Part shown: positions 10,001-19,713 of the stretch, in pieces | How the letters are laid out: the number at the start of each line of letters is the position of its first letter | Position numbering within the stretch: the stretch's first letter is position 1 | Source of the DNA: Ruminococcus sp. | GTDB taxonomy: Bacteria > Bacillota > Clostridia > Oscillospirales > Ruminococcaceae | NCBI GenBank assembly: GCA_017442845.1 | Contig: JAFRYW010000102.1 | Span: 1 to 50,488, forward strand | Direction of reading: 5' to 3' | DNA: 50,488 nucleotides | Notes under the pieces: generated by a model | What the model was told of the DNA's origin: nothing | The model's input: only the letters and a program-made list of their open reading frames with translations | The model's database searches: none | Translations under genes and position numbers: made by a program

Positions 10001-11350
10001 ATGAGAACGTTTCAGCTCAAAAAAATAATAGCCTTGTCGGCGGCACTTGTGCTGTCTCTTGGGGTGCTCGGCAGCTCGGGAGTGACCTCGTTTGCTTCTG
10101 ACAGCGGCGAGAAGCAGGAGACGACCGAGGTAAAGGATATGAACAGCTACCGTGAGCGCCTCGGCGAGATTGCTAACGAGCAAAAGGAGCTTGATAAGCA
10201 GATCAAGGAGGCACAGGACAGCATCGACGAGCAGGAGCAAATCCAGAAAAACATCAGCAGGCGAATAAACTCCCTCAACGAAGAGATAAACATAACCACA
10301 AACTACATAAACGAGCTTGATACCCAGATCACGGCGCAGCAGGCGCTTGTAGATGCAAAGCAGGCCGAGATCGATAAGGGTATCCGGGATTTCAAGGGAA
10401 GGCTTCGGGCTATGTACCTGGCGGGCAGCGAGGGCTATACCGACATAATCTTAAACTCTAATGACTTTTTTGATGTGCTTATGCGTACCGAGCTTGTAAA
10501 GCGTGTCGCTGACCACGATAAGAAGGAGCTTGACAGGCTCGTTTCGCTTAAGAATGAGTATAACGAGCAGAAGGAGCAGCTTGATGCCCAGCGGGCCGAG
10601 TATAAGACGCAGCTTGACGGGCTTGGTGCTAAAAAGCAGTACCTCGATGAGCTGTATGCACAGTCAGCAGCGGCTATGGAGGAGTCAAAGGAGCTCAAGG
10701 CAAAGCTTGATGAGCAGAGCAAGATCTTAAACTCGGAAAAGGCAGGCTATGCCGATAAGCTTTCGGAGTTTTTGAAGGACGATTACGGCGACAGTGCCGA
10801 CGAAACAGGCAGAATGCAGACCGAGCTTGCAGCTATCGCAAAGCTGCGTGAGCTTTGGGCAGCACAGGCAAAGGAGCAGACCTCCTCTGATAAAAAGACT
10901 GACGAGACCGAGCAGAAAAAGGGCGAGTGCCTTTATAATTTCGGCTGGCCCTGCCCCTCCACAAAGGTTGTTACCTCGGGCGTTGGCGCAAGGTGGGGAA
11001 CTACTCATAAGGGGGTAGACATCGGCGCATATATGGGCAGCGAGATCGTCGCCTCCGAGGGCGGAACTGTCGTTATCGCCTGCAACGAGTGTACCCATAA
11101 CGTCCCCAAGGACGGCAGCTGCGGCTGCGGCGGGGGCTACGGCAACTATGTAGTTATCGACCACGGAAACGGCTTTCTTACCCTTTACGGGCACCTTACC
11201 GAGGCTTCAGTCGCAGTCGGGCAAAAGGTCGATAAGGGGCAGAAGATCGGCATCAGTGGCACTACCGGCTGGTCAACAGGCCCGCACCTGCATTTCGAGC
11301 TTCGCTACGGCGGCAACTATATGAACCCGCTGTCATTTGTGACATACTGA
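10001..11350 (+). CDS. Secreted coiled-coil M23 peptidase (murein hydrolase/activator-like)
   Basis: Signal peptide, long coiled coil, HKGVD and HLH motifs. Confidence 0.88.
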   Translation: MRTFQLKKIIALSAALVLSLGVLGSSGVTSFASDSGEKQETTEVKDMNSYRERLGEIANEQKELDKQIKEAQDSIDEQEQIQKNISRRINSLNEEINITTNYINELDTQITAQQALVDAKQAEIDKGIRDFKGRLRAMYLAGSEGYTDIILNSNDFFDVLMRTELVKRVADHDKKELDRLVSLKNEYNEQKEQLDAQRAEYKTQLDGLGAKKQYLDELYAQSAAAMEESKELKAKLDEQSKILNSEKAGYADKLSEFLKDDYGDSADETGRMQTELAAIAKLRELWAAQAKEQTSSDKKTDETEQKKGECLYNFGWPCPSTKVVTSGVGARWGTTHKGVDIGAYMGSEIVASEGGTVVIACNECTHNVPKDGSCGCGGGYGNYVVIDHGNGFLTLYGHLTEASVAVGQKVDKGQKIGISGTTGWSTGPHLHFELRYGGNYMNPLSFVTY

Positions 11351-11355
11351 CAATG

Positions 11356-11381
11356 AAAAACCCCGCCTAAGGCGGGGTTTT
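11356..11381. terminator. Bidirectional intrinsic terminator
   Basis: aaaaaccccgcc-taa-ggcggggtttt between convergent genes. Confidence 0.85.
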
Positions 11382-11392
11382 ATTTGTGCTAT

Positions 11393-12808
11393 TTAATAGC
11401 TCACATACTGCGTCGGGTCTACCGGCTCGCCGTTTAAGCGTACCTCAAAGTGGCAGTGGTCGCCCGTTGACCAGCCTGTCGTGCCGACAGCGCCGATCTT
11501 CTGCCCCTGCTCAACGTGGTCGCCTACCGAGACCGATGCATACTGCATATGCCCGTAAAGCGTCCAGTAGCCGTTGCCGTGGTCGATTATTACGTGGTTG
11601 CCATAGCCGCCTCCGCAGCCGCAGCTTCCGTCCTTTGGCCAGTCGTGGGTACATTCGTTGCAGGCGACTATGACTGTTCCGCTGCTTGATGCAACTACAG
11701 TCGAGCCCCTTATCCCCCAGGTGCTTATGTCTATCCCCTTGTGGAATGCGCCCCAGCGCCAGCCCATATATGAGGTTATGCCATACTGCCCGGGCACAGG
11801 CCACATAAAGCCGCTGTTTGAAACGGGTGCTGAGTAGCTCTCACTGCTTTCTGAGCCATAAGATGTTTCGTTCTCATAGCTTTGCTGCTGTGCTGCCTGC
11901 TCAGCTTCAAGCCTTTTGCGCTCGGCTTCCTCCGCCTCACGCCTTTTGCGCTCGGCCTCCTCTGCTTCACGAGCCTTGCGCTCCTCTTCCTTTTTGTATA
12001 GGGCAGCAAGCTCGTCCTCATACTGCTCCTGCTCGGCCATGATCTTTTCTTTGTTTTTCTCGTATGCGGCCTCTGCTTTTTCAAGCCCCGCTATGATATC
12101 CTCGCTCTCGGTGTAAAGCTTTGCAAGCTTTTGCTTTTGCCCCTCGCTCTTTTTCCGCTGGGTGTCAAGCTCGCTGCTTGCCTTTTTTAGCTCTGCCTGG
12201 TTTTGCTCAAGCACCGAAAGCTGTGCTTCGTATTCGTCCTTTATCGCTATCAGCCTGTCAAGCTCGGCGCTGTCATGGTCGGCGACACGCTTGATAAGCT
12301 CTATCTTCATCAGCATATCGTAAAAGTCCGTCGCCCCGAGAAGTATCTCCGTGTAGCTCTCGCTGCCCGCAACGTATAACGCCCTGAGCCTTCCGCCAAA
12401 GTTCTTGACGCCCTGCTCGATCTCGCCCTTTTTGAGCGCTATGGCCTCCTGCTGCTCGCCTATTTCCGCCGTCAGCTCGTCTATCTGCTTGTCAAGCGCT
12501 ATGATCGACTCGTTGAGCGCAGTTATCGTCTCGCTTACCGTGTCGATCTGCTCCTGAATAGCCTTTTGGTTTTCCTTCTGCTCGCTTATATCGTCCTTTG
12601 TGTCGCTGATCTTTTTGTCAAGCTCCTCCTGCTTCTTTTCAAGCTCTGAGATCTTGGCCTTGCTTTCCTTTATGCCCTGTCTGTTTTGCTCCGCCTCGCT
12701 TGCCGTTACCCTTACACCTTGGCTGCCGCCCTGCCCAAGGGCTGTCAGGCTTATGCAAAGCGCCAACAAAAACGATACCGCTGCCTTTGCCTTGTATTTT
12801 CTTTTCAT
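11393..12808 (-). CDS. Secreted coiled-coil M23 peptidase downstream of ftsEX
   Basis: Signal peptide, coiled coil, HKGID and HCH motifs; paralog of 10001-11350. Confidence 0.88.
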   Translation of the reverse strand: MKRKYKAKAAVSFLLALCISLTALGQGGSQGVRVTASEAEQNRQGIKESKAKISELEKKQEELDKKISDTKDDISEQKENQKAIQEQIDTVSETITALNESIIALDKQIDELTAEIGEQQEAIALKKGEIEQGVKNFGGRLRALYVAGSESYTEILLGATDFYDMLMKIELIKRVADHDSAELDRLIAIKDEYEAQLSVLEQNQAELKKASSELDTQRKKSEGQKQKLAKLYTESEDIIAGLEKAEAAYEKNKEKIMAEQEQYEDELAALYKKEEERKAREAEEAERKRREAEEAERKRLEAEQAAQQQSYENETSYGSESSESYSAPVSNSGFMWPVPGQYGITSYMGWRWGAFHKGIDISTWGIRGSTVVASSSGTVIVACNECTHDWPKDGSCGCGGGYGNHVIIDHGNGYWTLYGHMQYASVSVGDHVEQGQKIGAVGTTGWSTGDHCHFEVRLNGEPVDPTQYVSY

Positions 12809-12876
12809 ATGTATTCCTTTATTTGCAAAAAGCCGCCCCTTTCGGACGGCTTTTTTGTATGCCTTGTGTTTATATT

Positions 12877-13782
12877 TTATACCTTTAAGTGCTTTCCTGT
12901 GCTTATAGATGTGCCGATAGCACCTATCAGCGCACCCGCAATTGCGTAGGAAATGAGAACTGCCTTGAACAGGCTGTCAAACGAGTAAAGATTTTGCATA
13001 CCCAAAACTGCCCAAAGCGAGAAGTCTGTGCTGAAGATCTTGTAAACGCCCTCGTAAGCAAACTTTGTCAAAAACAGCGCACACCCTGCTGCGAGGATAC
13101 CTACTATCATGCCCTCGATAAAGAACGGGATCTTGATAAAGGTGTTCGTAGCGCCGACATATTTCATAATGTTTATTTCCTTGCGCCTTGCAAAAACGCT
13201 TGCCCTTGTGGTGTTTGAAATGATGATAAGGCAAACCAGCACGAGCGCCAGAATGATAGCTATCGAGATTATCGTGATGACCCTCTGGATAGAGATCAGC
13301 ATATCGGTAAACGATGTAGGCGACTTGACTGACTCAACGTTGTCAAGTGCACTGATCTGTGCGGTAGTCTCGCTCATTTTGGTAATGTCGATGACCGTCA
13401 TCTTGAAGGTGTCGGGGAGGGGGTTGTCATCTGCATACTTAAACAGATCCTGCTCCTCCTGCGTCATATCCTCGACCATTGACTTCCAGGCCTCTTCCTT
13501 AGAGTAGAAGGTCAGCTCGTTGACGTTTGGCAGCGTGATTATGTCTTTTGTGAGTTTTTCCCGCTGCTCCTCCGTTATGCCGTCCTTGATCTGAACTATA
13601 GCCTCGCTCTTGTCCTCGATACCGCTTATGATCTTTGAAAGGTTAAGTGACATAAGCACCGAAAGCCCGACCATAAGAAGCGATACAAGTATTATACAAA
13701 ACGAAGCGAATGACATCATCCTGTTTTTCCAAATGCTTTTAAAACCCTGCCCAACAAGGTATCTCATACTGCTTACTCTCAT
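12877..13782 (-). CDS. ftsX: Cell division permease FtsX
   Basis: Four TM helices, NPLP, RRKEINIMKYVGAT. Confidence 0.93.
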   Translation of the reverse strand: MRVSSMRYLVGQGFKSIWKNRMMSFASFCIILVSLLMVGLSVLMSLNLSKIISGIEDKSEAIVQIKDGITEEQREKLTKDIITLPNVNELTFYSKEEAWKSMVEDMTQEEQDLFKYADDNPLPDTFKMTVIDITKMSETTAQISALDNVESVKSPTSFTDMLISIQRVITIISIAIILALVLVCLIIISNTTRASVFARRKEINIMKYVGATNTFIKIPFFIEGMIVGILAAGCALFLTKFAYEGVYKIFSTDFSLWAVLGMQNLYSFDSLFKAVLISYAIAGALIGAIGTSISTGKHLKV

Positions 13783-14459
13783 TTTGCCTTACCTCCAACC
13801 ACTTCGTCGAAGGATATTACACCCTTGTTGAGATTTATTATTCTGCCGCCGAAATGGCGAACTATGTCGTGCTCGTGCGTTACCATAAGGATAGTAGTCC
13901 CGCACTCGTTGATACCCTTTAGAAGCTCAACTATCTCGTAGGAGAGCGCAGGGTCGATATTACCCGTCGGCTCGTCTGCTATGATAAGCTTCGGGTCGTT
14001 TACAAGCGCCCTTGCAAGCGCTACACGCTGCTGCTCACCGCCCGATAGCTCGGTAGGGTATGCCTTAGACTTGTCGGTAAGCCCGACCAGTGAGATAACA
14101 TATGGCACACGGCTTCTTATGTACTTTGCCGGTGCGTCTATAACTCGCAGCACGAAGGCTATGTTTTCATATACCGTCATAGTGGGTATCAGCCTGAAGT
14201 CCTGAAAAACAACGCCTATAGTGCGCCTAAGCTTCGGCACCTTGCCCCGTCTCAGCTTTGAAAGGTTGAAGCCGTTTACCGTTACAACGCCCGAGGTGGC
14301 GTCTATCTCCTTTAAAATAAGCTTGATCAGCGTGGATTTACCAGCGCCGGACGAACCTACGATAAACGCAAAATCCCCGTCGTTTATCTTAAGGTTGACC
14401 TTGTTCAGAGCGTCTACACCGCTGGAATAGGTGACAGACACATCTTTAAATTCTACCAA
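13779..14459 (-). CDS. ftsE: Cell division ATP-binding protein FtsE
   Basis: GSSGAGKST, VVFQDFRL, LSGGEQQR, ADEPTGNID; adjacent to ftsX. Confidence 0.93.
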   Translation of the reverse strand: MVEFKDVSVTYSSGVDALNKVNLKINDGDFAFIVGSSGAGKSTLIKLILKEIDATSGVVTVNGFNLSKLRRGKVPKLRRTIGVVFQDFRLIPTMTVYENIAFVLRVIDAPAKYIRSRVPYVISLVGLTDKSKAYPTELSGGEQQRVALARALVNDPKLIIADEPTGNIDPALSYEIVELLKGINECGTTILMVTHEHDIVRHFGGRIINLNKGVISFDEVVGGKAK

Positions 14460-14518
14460 AATTTTACACTCCTTAGATGATCAAATGCAGTGCCTTTTTA
14501 TTTATCTGTCAAGGCATT

Positions 14519-15604
14519 TTAGAACTTAACGGGGTTAGCCGATAAGTATTTCTTTACCATAAGGGCTATCTTGAAGATGATAGCGTGGTCAAACTCTCTA
14601 AGATCCAGGCCTGTCAGCTTCTTGATCTTTTCAAGCCTGTAAACAAGAGTATTTCTGTGTACGAAGAGCTTTCTTGATGTTTCCGAAACGTTTAGGTTGT
14701 TCTCAAAGAATTTCTGTATCGTAAACAGCGTCTCGTGGTCGAGCGACTCGATAGAGCCCTTCTTGAATACCTCACGCAGGAATGTCTCGCAAAGTGTTGT
14801 CGGCAGGTGATAGATAAGCCTTGCGATACCTAAGTTATCATAGGAAACTATGATCTTGTCGGTGTCGAACACCTTGCCTACCTCAAGGGCTATCTGTGCC
14901 TCCTTGAAGCTTCTTGCAAGGTCTCTCACGCCCTCGACAACTGTGCCGATGCCTACGTTTACTCTTGTATAGAACTCGCTCGAAAGGGTGTCGGAAATGC
15001 TTCTTGCAAGCTTTTCAAGATCCTTTGAGTCGATACCGGAGGAGACCTCCTTGACAAGCACGATATCGCTCTCTGTGATATTGAAAACGAAATCCTTATT
15101 CTTGTCGGGGAAGAGGTTCTGTATCACGTCGTAAGCAGAAACGTCATTTGAAGAGATGATCCTTATAAGCAGAACAACTCTCGGCGTGTCAGAGCTGAAA
15201 TGAAGCTCTCTTGCCTTTACGTGAACATCGCCGGGCAAGACGTTATCAAGAACTACGTTTTTGATGAAATTGTTCCTGTCATACTTCTCGTCATAGTACT
15301 GCTTTATGCTCGAAAGGGTTATAGCGAGAATGCTTGCATACTTTGCAGCCACCTCGTCAGTGCCCTCTACAAACACCGCATAATCGGGCTTCATATGTGC
15401 GCCGAAGGGCTTGTAGGTGTAGCCGTCCCTTACGAAGATATCGTGTGAATCGCTCAGATCAAGGGAAACGAACTCATTTGTCGTGCCGACCTGCGAAAGC
15501 TCCGAGCAGGCTATGATCGACGCATTCTCGTCGATAACGCCTATGGTGCAGTCGATAGTGTCACGCATCTGATGAACAACGCTCTGAAATAATCTGTTTG
15601 ACAT
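14519..15604 (-). CDS. CdaR/PucR family transcriptional regulator
   Basis: C-terminal NLNVSETSRKLFVHRNTLVYRLEKI HTH; start placed at MSNRLF. Confidence 0.88.
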   Translation of the reverse strand: MSNRLFQSVVHQMRDTIDCTIGVIDENASIIACSELSQVGTTNEFVSLDLSDSHDIFVRDGYTYKPFGAHMKPDYAVFVEGTDEVAAKYASILAITLSSIKQYYDEKYDRNNFIKNVVLDNVLPGDVHVKARELHFSSDTPRVVLLIRIISSNDVSAYDVIQNLFPDKNKDFVFNITESDIVLVKEVSSGIDSKDLEKLARSISDTLSSEFYTRVNVGIGTVVEGVRDLARSFKEAQIALEVGKVFDTDKIIVSYDNLGIARLIYHLPTTLCETFLREVFKKGSIESLDHETLFTIQKFFENNLNVSETSRKLFVHRNTLVYRLEKIKKLTGLDLREFDHAIIFKIALMVKKYLSANPVKF

Positions 15605-15991
15605 AAAATTTACTCCTCTGCTTGCATATTTTTTTAAACCTTTATAGCGCACCGAGTTGCACGCTATTATCATTCATTACTATTATACCAAAAATAAATA
15701 ATTTTTGCAAGTGCTTTATAGTAAAAATGTTCAAAAGGGGTATAATTTACAGCAAGCTGACCTTAGATATTACAAATTGTAACATATTTTGCCCTTCAAT
15801 GTGTTAAGATTTTATTAACCCCGCATTTTAAAGCCTTGCATCTAAGGGCGTAAACAAAAACGTTCCCCGCAGGCAGGGGATAAAATGTAACTTTTCTGTA
15901 ATTTCTAAATTTTTTATGAACACTATACAAATTGCACAAAAACAGGGGTATTTTCACTCCAAAGTCAATGAGCAGGGGCATTTGCAAAAGC

Positions 15992-16020
15992 TTGCAATTG
16001 GGGCGGCGTTGTGGTACAAT
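15992..16020 (+). promoter_or_regulatory. Sigma-A promoter upstream of element B and rimM
   Basis: TTGCAA-N17-TACAAT with extended TG. Confidence 0.6.
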
Positions 16021-16064
16021 GTTAGTGATAAAGAATAAGACCCTTTTTACAAAAGTGTTCCCGG

Positions 16065-16241
16065 GATAAATGAGAATTTATCTTATTAGGTAATAGGGAA
16101 TAGGTAATAGGTAATAGGTGAGGTGCGCCTGCGGCGGCTGCCCGAATGGGCGTCTGTCGGCGAAGCCGACACCATACTTATTACCTATTACCTATTAACT
16201 ATTACCTAGCGGAGCGAAGCTCCGCCAAATTCCAATTTATC
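16065..16241. repeat. Element B: inverted-repeat-bounded element with TAGGTAA/TTACCTA heptamer arrays
   Basis: Ends GATAAATGAGAATTTATC / AAATTCCAATTTATC; nearly identical to 19714-19891. Confidence 0.9.
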
Positions 16242-16305
16242 TTAGCAACACAAAAGCGAAAAGGGAGAAAAATAGACCGATCTAAGGAATAGAAAGGAAG
16301 AGCTT

Positions 16306-16806
16306 ATGAAAAAATACCTCGAAATAGGGAAAATAGTCTCGGTGTTCGGCGTCAGGGGCGAGGTAAAGGTCGAGCCGTGGTGTGACAGCCCCGATTTTTT
16401 GTGCGAGTTTGATACACTTTATTATAAGAGCGGCACACCCGTCCTGATAGAGCGCAGCCGTGTTCATAAAAATCAGGCGCTTTTGAAGATCAAGGGCGTT
16501 GATTCCCCCGAGGAGGGCGTAAAGCTAAGGGGCAGGGTGCTTTATATGGACAGAGATGATGTCGAGCTTGAGGAGGGCTGCTATTTTCAGCAGGATCTTA
16601 TCGGGCTAGAGGTCAAGGACAGCGCTACGGGCGAGCTTTACGGCAGGCTTTCCGAGGTCTTGCAGACGGGCGCTAATGACGTCTATGAGGTCACTGACGA
16701 TGAGGGCAGGAAAAAATACCTCCCCGCTATCCCCGAGGTCATAGATAAGGTAGACCTTGAAAACGGCGTGCTGCTCATTACCCCGCTTGAGGGGCTGTTT
16801 GACTGA
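16306..16806 (+). CDS. rimM: 16S rRNA processing protein RimM
   Basis: IGKIVSVFGVRGEVKV, QTGANDVY; upstream of trmD. Confidence 0.93.
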   Translation: MKKYLEIGKIVSVFGVRGEVKVEPWCDSPDFLCEFDTLYYKSGTPVLIERSRVHKNQALLKIKGVDSPEEGVKLRGRVLYMDRDDVELEEGCYFQQDLIGLEVKDSATGELYGRLSEVLQTGANDVYEVTDDEGRKKYLPAIPEVIDKVDLENGVLLITPLEGLFD

Positions 16807-17555
16807 TGAGGATAGATATTGCTACCCTTTTTCCCGAGCTGATGGAGAGCTACCTTAGCGCAAGCATAATCGGCAGGGCAAGGGATAAGGGGATATTTAC
16901 TGCCGAGTGCCACAATATACGTGACTACGCCTTTAATAAGCACAGGCGAGTTGATGACACGCCCTACTCCGAGCGGCAGGGTATGCTTATGCAGGCAGAG
17001 CCTATCTACCGCTGCTGGCAGGCGGTGTGCGATATGCAAAGGGCACAGCCGCACGTTATCTATATGTCGCCGCAGGGGCAGACGCTCACACAGCAAAAGT
17101 GCATAGAGCTCTCTAAAAAGGAACGGCTGTTTATCCTTTGCGGGCATTACGAGGGCGTTGATAACAGGATAATAGAAAAAATAGTTGATGAGGAGATCTC
17201 GATAGGCGACTATGTGCTCACGGGCGGCGAGCTTCCCGCATTGGTGCTTGTTGACAGTATCGCCCGAATGCTCGACGGCGTGCTCGCCGAGGAGGACGGC
17301 TTTATGGACGAGAGCCATTATAACGGGCTTTTGGAGTACCCGCAGTACACCCGCCCCGAGGTCTGGCAGGGAATGGCGGTGCCGCCGCTGCTGCTGTCGG
17401 GGCACCACGCAAATATCGCTAAATGGCGGCACGAGCAGCGCCTGCTGACCACCCTTAAAAAGCGCCCCGAGCTGCTTGACAGGCTGTCACTTTCCAAGGA
17501 AGATTTGGCTATAATTCACAAGGCTGTGGAAAATGAACAAACCGACGAAACTTGA
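16806..17555 (+). CDS. trmD: tRNA (guanine37-N1)-methyltransferase
   Basis: TLFPE, CGHYEGVD, SIGDYVLTGGE, LLEYPQYTRP. Confidence 0.95.
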   Translation: MRIDIATLFPELMESYLSASIIGRARDKGIFTAECHNIRDYAFNKHRRVDDTPYSERQGMLMQAEPIYRCWQAVCDMQRAQPHVIYMSPQGQTLTQQKCIELSKKERLFILCGHYEGVDNRIIEKIVDEEISIGDYVLTGGELPALVLVDSIARMLDGVLAEEDGFMDESHYNGLLEYPQYTRPEVWQGMAVPPLLLSGHHANIAKWRHEQRLLTTLKKRPELLDRLSLSKEDLAIIHKAVENEQTDET

Positions 17556-17718
17556 ATTTAGACTAAATGGCGAACATTGTTAATTTATTTTGTATAAACT
17601 GTTTAAAGAGGTCAACATTTTTTGTGCAGTGATCACAAGAATGTTGAAAAAATCGCCCTTCAATATGAGCAAGGCTACAAAAAAGCGACTAAAAAAGTTT
17701 GTTTGTTCAAAATTTGCG

Positions 17719-17747
17719 TTGACGAAGGGAAAAATGTTTTGTATAAT
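17719..17747 (+). promoter_or_regulatory. Sigma-A promoter of the HPr gene
   Basis: TTGACG-N17-TATAAT. Confidence 0.7.
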
Positions 17748-17854
17748 ATATTATAGCAGAGGAGAAAAGCACCTATAGGCTTTTAAACGGCTCTGCCGCT
17801 ATAAGCGCAAAAGGCGCTTAAGCCGTGTTAATTTGTATGAATGGAGAGATTATC

Positions 17855-18127
17855 ATGACTTTAAAGGAAGTAGTAGTTCAGAATCAGGTCGGTCTTCACG
17901 CTCGTCCTGCAACATTCTTTATCCAGAAGGCAAACGAGTTCAAGTCCTCTATCTGGATCGAGAAGGAAGAGAGAAGAGTAAACGCTAAGTCCCTTCTTGG
18001 CATTCTTTCGCTCGGTATCGTTGGCGGCACAACTATCAGAGTTATCGCTGACGGCTCTGACGAAGAGGCTGCAGTTAACGGCCTTGTAGAGCTTGTTGAG
18101 AGCGGCTTTGCTGAGGACGCAAGATAA
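17855..18127 (+). CDS. ptsH: Phosphocarrier protein HPr
   Basis: GLHARPA (His15) and VNAKSLLG (Ser46) motifs. Confidence 0.92.
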   Translation: MTLKEVVVQNQVGLHARPATFFIQKANEFKSSIWIEKEERRVNAKSLLGILSLGIVGGTTIRVIADGSDEEAAVNGLVELVESGFAEDAR

Positions 18128-18150
18128 TTTTTATCCCCTGATAATATTTT

Positions 18151-18186
18151 ACCCGACATCTCGGAAATAAGAGGTGTCGGGTTTTT
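18151..18186 (+). terminator. Intrinsic terminator after HPr
   Basis: acccgacatctc-loop-gaggtgtcgggt followed by a T run. Confidence 0.75.
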
Positions 18187-18190
18187 GTGT

Positions 18191-18676
18191 TTATTTGGCT
18201 GATACTGACTTAATAATGCCAATTATATATCTTATGACCTGATAAGCAAAGCATATTGCTCCAAGAAAAACAGATGCGGTCATTTTTATTAAAATATAGC
18301 CTAAGAAGAAAGGCCCACTCAAAAATATTGTAGGAAGCCATTGTTCGATATATGTGATCATAGCCCAGCCGAATGGAATAAAGAAAAAGAGTATTCTCAG
18401 AGTAATATCGACTTCTGAAATGTTGCCATATAAATATGAAAGACCAAACGAACAGATAAGCCCTATTATTATGGCTTTGATAAATTCTGAGGTCGTATCG
18501 ATAAGTGCGTTTGCCCGTTTAAGCCTGCGTTGAGCCTGTTTATCTTTCTTGATAAGCTCGGCACATTCGTCACAGAGACACGGGGAGTGCTTTGCGGCAC
18601 ATTCCCTACATAGACCTTTTCCGCAGAATTGACAGCTTGCAACGGATATTAGGTCGGGGTGATAAAAACAATTCAT
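18191..18676 (-). CDS. Hypothetical membrane protein with N-terminal Cys/His (B-box-like) zinc domain
   Basis: CFYHP...CQFCGKGLCREC...CLCDEC, then hydrophobic helices; GGAGG RBS; TTGACA-N17-TATAAT promoter at 18753-18725; AT-rich. Confidence 0.7.
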   Translation of the reverse strand: MNCFYHPDLISVASCQFCGKGLCRECAAKHSPCLCDECAELIKKDKQAQRRLKRANALIDTTSEFIKAIIIGLICSFGLSYLYGNISEVDITLRILFFFIPFGWAMITYIEQWLPTIFLSGPFFLGYILIKMTASVFLGAICFAYQVIRYIIGIIKSVSAK

Positions 18677-18826
18677 ATTGTATTCCTCCTGTTATAAGTA
18701 CATCAGTTTTTCACTGTAAGTATAATTATACCACGTTGTTTTTGAAATGTCAACTGTATGTTGTCTATTGTAAAAGAATAGTTACACCGCTATATGGTAA
18801 ACTGTTTTTAAACGGAGGGTATGATC

Positions 18827-19120
18827 ATGGTTGACTTTGGACAGACGTTAAAGGAACTTAGAAAGCGCTCGGGGCTGACCCAGCAGCAGCTTGCCGAAAG
18901 GCTGTGGATCACAAAACAAATGGTCAGCTATTACGAGCAGTCGCTGCGTGCGCCCTCGCCCGATGTGCTTATAAAGATAGCGGCGATATTCCACGTCAGC
19001 ACCGATTACCTTTTAGGCGTTGAGAAGGGCAAGAGCTTAGATGTTTCCGGGCTTGATGATGAGGATATCAAAGCCGTACAGCAGATAGTTGAAAGATTAA
19101 AGCAAAAAAACAAGCCTTGA
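18827..19120 (+). CDS. XRE-family HTH transcriptional regulator
   Basis: LKELRKRSGLTQQQLAE...YE...P...IAAIFHVSTDYLLG. Confidence 0.88.
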   Translation: MVDFGQTLKELRKRSGLTQQQLAERLWITKQMVSYYEQSLRAPSPDVLIKIAAIFHVSTDYLLGVEKGKSLDVSGLDDEDIKAVQQIVERLKQKNKP

Positions 19121-19141
19121 CCCGTGCAGGTCAAGGCTTTG
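19112..19141. terminator. Hairpin/terminator between convergent genes
   Basis: aagccttgacc-cgtgca-ggtcaaggctt. Confidence 0.7.
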
Positions 19142-19143
19142 TG

Positions 19144-19680
19144 CTATTTATACAGCTCGTCAAGATCTATCTTGCTTGTATCTATCCCGTCCATTTCGGC
19201 GGCGCTGTCGTAGTGGTGCTCGGTCTCCTGCGGCTGCTGATAGTAGCTGTCGGGCTGCCCGTACTGCGGCTGTGCATACTGCTGCTGTGCAGGCTGCGGG
19301 GGAGTGTACTGAGGCTGCTGATACTGAGGCTGACCGTACTGCGGCTGCTGGTATTGCGGCTGACCGTATTGAGGCTGCCCGTACTGCTGTGTATTATAGC
19401 CGCCGTACATATTATTTTGCCGGTCATATTGGTTATACTGCCCGAATGGGTCAAAGCCGTTCATAGGGTTTTGATACTGCGGCTTTACAACGCATACGAT
19501 AAGCCCTATCCACCCGAGGAAAAACCCCCACCAAAAGCCCTTGTTCATACTTTCGGGGTAGCCCTTTGACTTAACTATCTGCTTGCCTACAAAGCCCCAC
19601 AGACACCTAAAGATCACAGCGAATACAAGCTCAAATACTAAAATGCCGATCGAAAGCCCTGCTGATGCGGAACTGCTCAT
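19144..19680 (-). CDS. Membrane protein with Gln/Pro/Tyr-rich (QPQYG/QPQYQ) repeats
   Basis: GGAGG RBS, two hydrophobic segments (GFWWGFFLGWIGLIV), 15-nt tandem repeats. Confidence 0.7.
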   Translation of the reverse strand: MSSSASAGLSIGILVFELVFAVIFRCLWGFVGKQIVKSKGYPESMNKGFWWGFFLGWIGLIVCVVKPQYQNPMNGFDPFGQYNQYDRQNNMYGGYNTQQYGQPQYGQPQYQQPQYGQPQYQQPQYTPPQPAQQQYAQPQYGQPDSYYQQPQETEHHYDSAAEMDGIDTSKIDLDELYK

Positions 19681-19713
19681 ATGTAATTCCTCCTATGCTG
19701 TTATGCTTGATAA

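Noticed and set aside
16683-17432. Long antisense ORFs (also 27571-28164 and 48566-49294)
   Set aside because: They are shadows of trmD, rnfD and nusA with no motifs or RBS.
18123-18135. GATAATTTTTATC as another element end or empty site
   Set aside because: The spacing is wrong, it overlaps the HPr stop codon and has no partner; likely chance in AT-rich DNA.
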